The notes under the pieces: generated by a model
What the model was told of the DNA's origin: nothing
The model's input: only the letters and a program-made list of their open reading frames with translations
Databases searched by the model: none
Shown here: positions 63,332 to 64,000 of the stretch, in pieces
Numbering within the stretch: position 1 is the stretch's first letter
Layout: every line of letters begins with the position of its first letter
Made by a program: the position numbers and the translations under genes
NCBI GenBank assembly: GCA_036785375.1
Contig: JAWMAR010000982.1
Span: forward strand, 186,001 to 250,000
DNA length: 64,000 bases
Reading direction: 5' to 3'
From: Leucoraja ocellata
Taxonomy: Eukaryota

Positions 63332-64000
63332 GGACCCCCCCCCCCAAGTATCCAAGGCACGAAACAGATAGGAGAGTGTACACGGCGGCCAGCCCGGGTG
63401 CATACCATGGCCGGCACAGGAACAGGCAACTGACCAACAGGTGCAGGGGACGGAGTAGCCAGTGGAGGAGGTAACTAGACGGAGGGCGCCCTCGCTTACG
63501 GGGCCGTGCTACCAGCACCGGCTGATCAATGTCAATATGCGCTGGCTTCAGCTGCTCAACTGAAACAGTTTCATGCCGACCCCCCATGTCCAGGACAAAT
63601 GTAGATGAGCCATGCTCTAGGACTCGGAAGGGATCCTCGTACACCCATTGGGGGGGTATCCGATGAGCATCCCTGCACAGGAAGACGAACTGGCAGTCCT
63701 CCAGAAGGACAGACGGCCGGCGGTCACCCAGGCAGTCCATTCGGAGAATCCGAGCTGCCCGCTCAGATTCACTGAGGCCAAACATCCTGATAAGGAGTTC
63801 CTTAAGGCCCCTATATTTGTTAGTTAACGTGGTGGGGGGGGGGGGGGCTCTGAGGTAAGGCTTAACTCGCCTCGCAGTCGCTTGGTCAAGCGCGCTGACC
63901 ACGTAAAAGTATTTTGTTTCGTCAACAGTTACCTCTCGCACAGTAAATTATGCCTCTGCCTGCTGGAACCAAATGTCAAGGTCTTCAGTCCACAGAATAG
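63141..64000 (-). mobile_element. Internally deleted Ty3/Gypsy LTR retrotransposon (runs off the window)
   Basis: gag N-terminus (FWTEDLDIWFQQAEA*F..ETKYFYVVSALDQ..GLSESERAARIL..LGDRRPS) joined to an integrase C-terminus (YEDPFRVL..ETVSVEQLKPA). Poly-G PPT at 63335-63345. Confidence 0.88.

Noticed and set aside
57629-64000. Preceding STAU2 exon (..QLEYLARIQGFQ)
   Set aside because: No matching translation seen in this interval.

Overview
This is AT-rich, repeat-dense vertebrate DNA, most likely from a cartilaginous fish (skate/ray-like; inferred from HE1-type V-SINEs and abundant CR1 and Rex1 LINEs). I can support only one host coding exon: 114 bp on the minus strand (57515-57628), encoding VQYSDMQNGKECMTYLTLSPVQITFHGIGSSIEASRDQ, the dsRBD5 exon of Staufen2 (STAU2). 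Most of the window is therefore probably STAU2 intron. The rest is CR1 and Rex1/Babar LINE fragments, HE1 SINEs, Penelope-derived fold-back repeats with a minimal hammerhead motif, several non-autonomous DNA transposons, GC-rich non-autonomous retroposons with Rex1-like tails, and an internally deleted Gypsy element. The most striking find is a 136-bp retroposon present twice (17575-17710 minus, 62470-62605 plus), each copy with an 11-bp TSD. Its first 54 nt fold by eye into a minimal HDV/CPEB3-like ribozyme, and one copy is in the STAU2 sense orientation. All family calls are by eye and from memory, and repeat boundaries are approximate unless a TSD or TIR is quoted.
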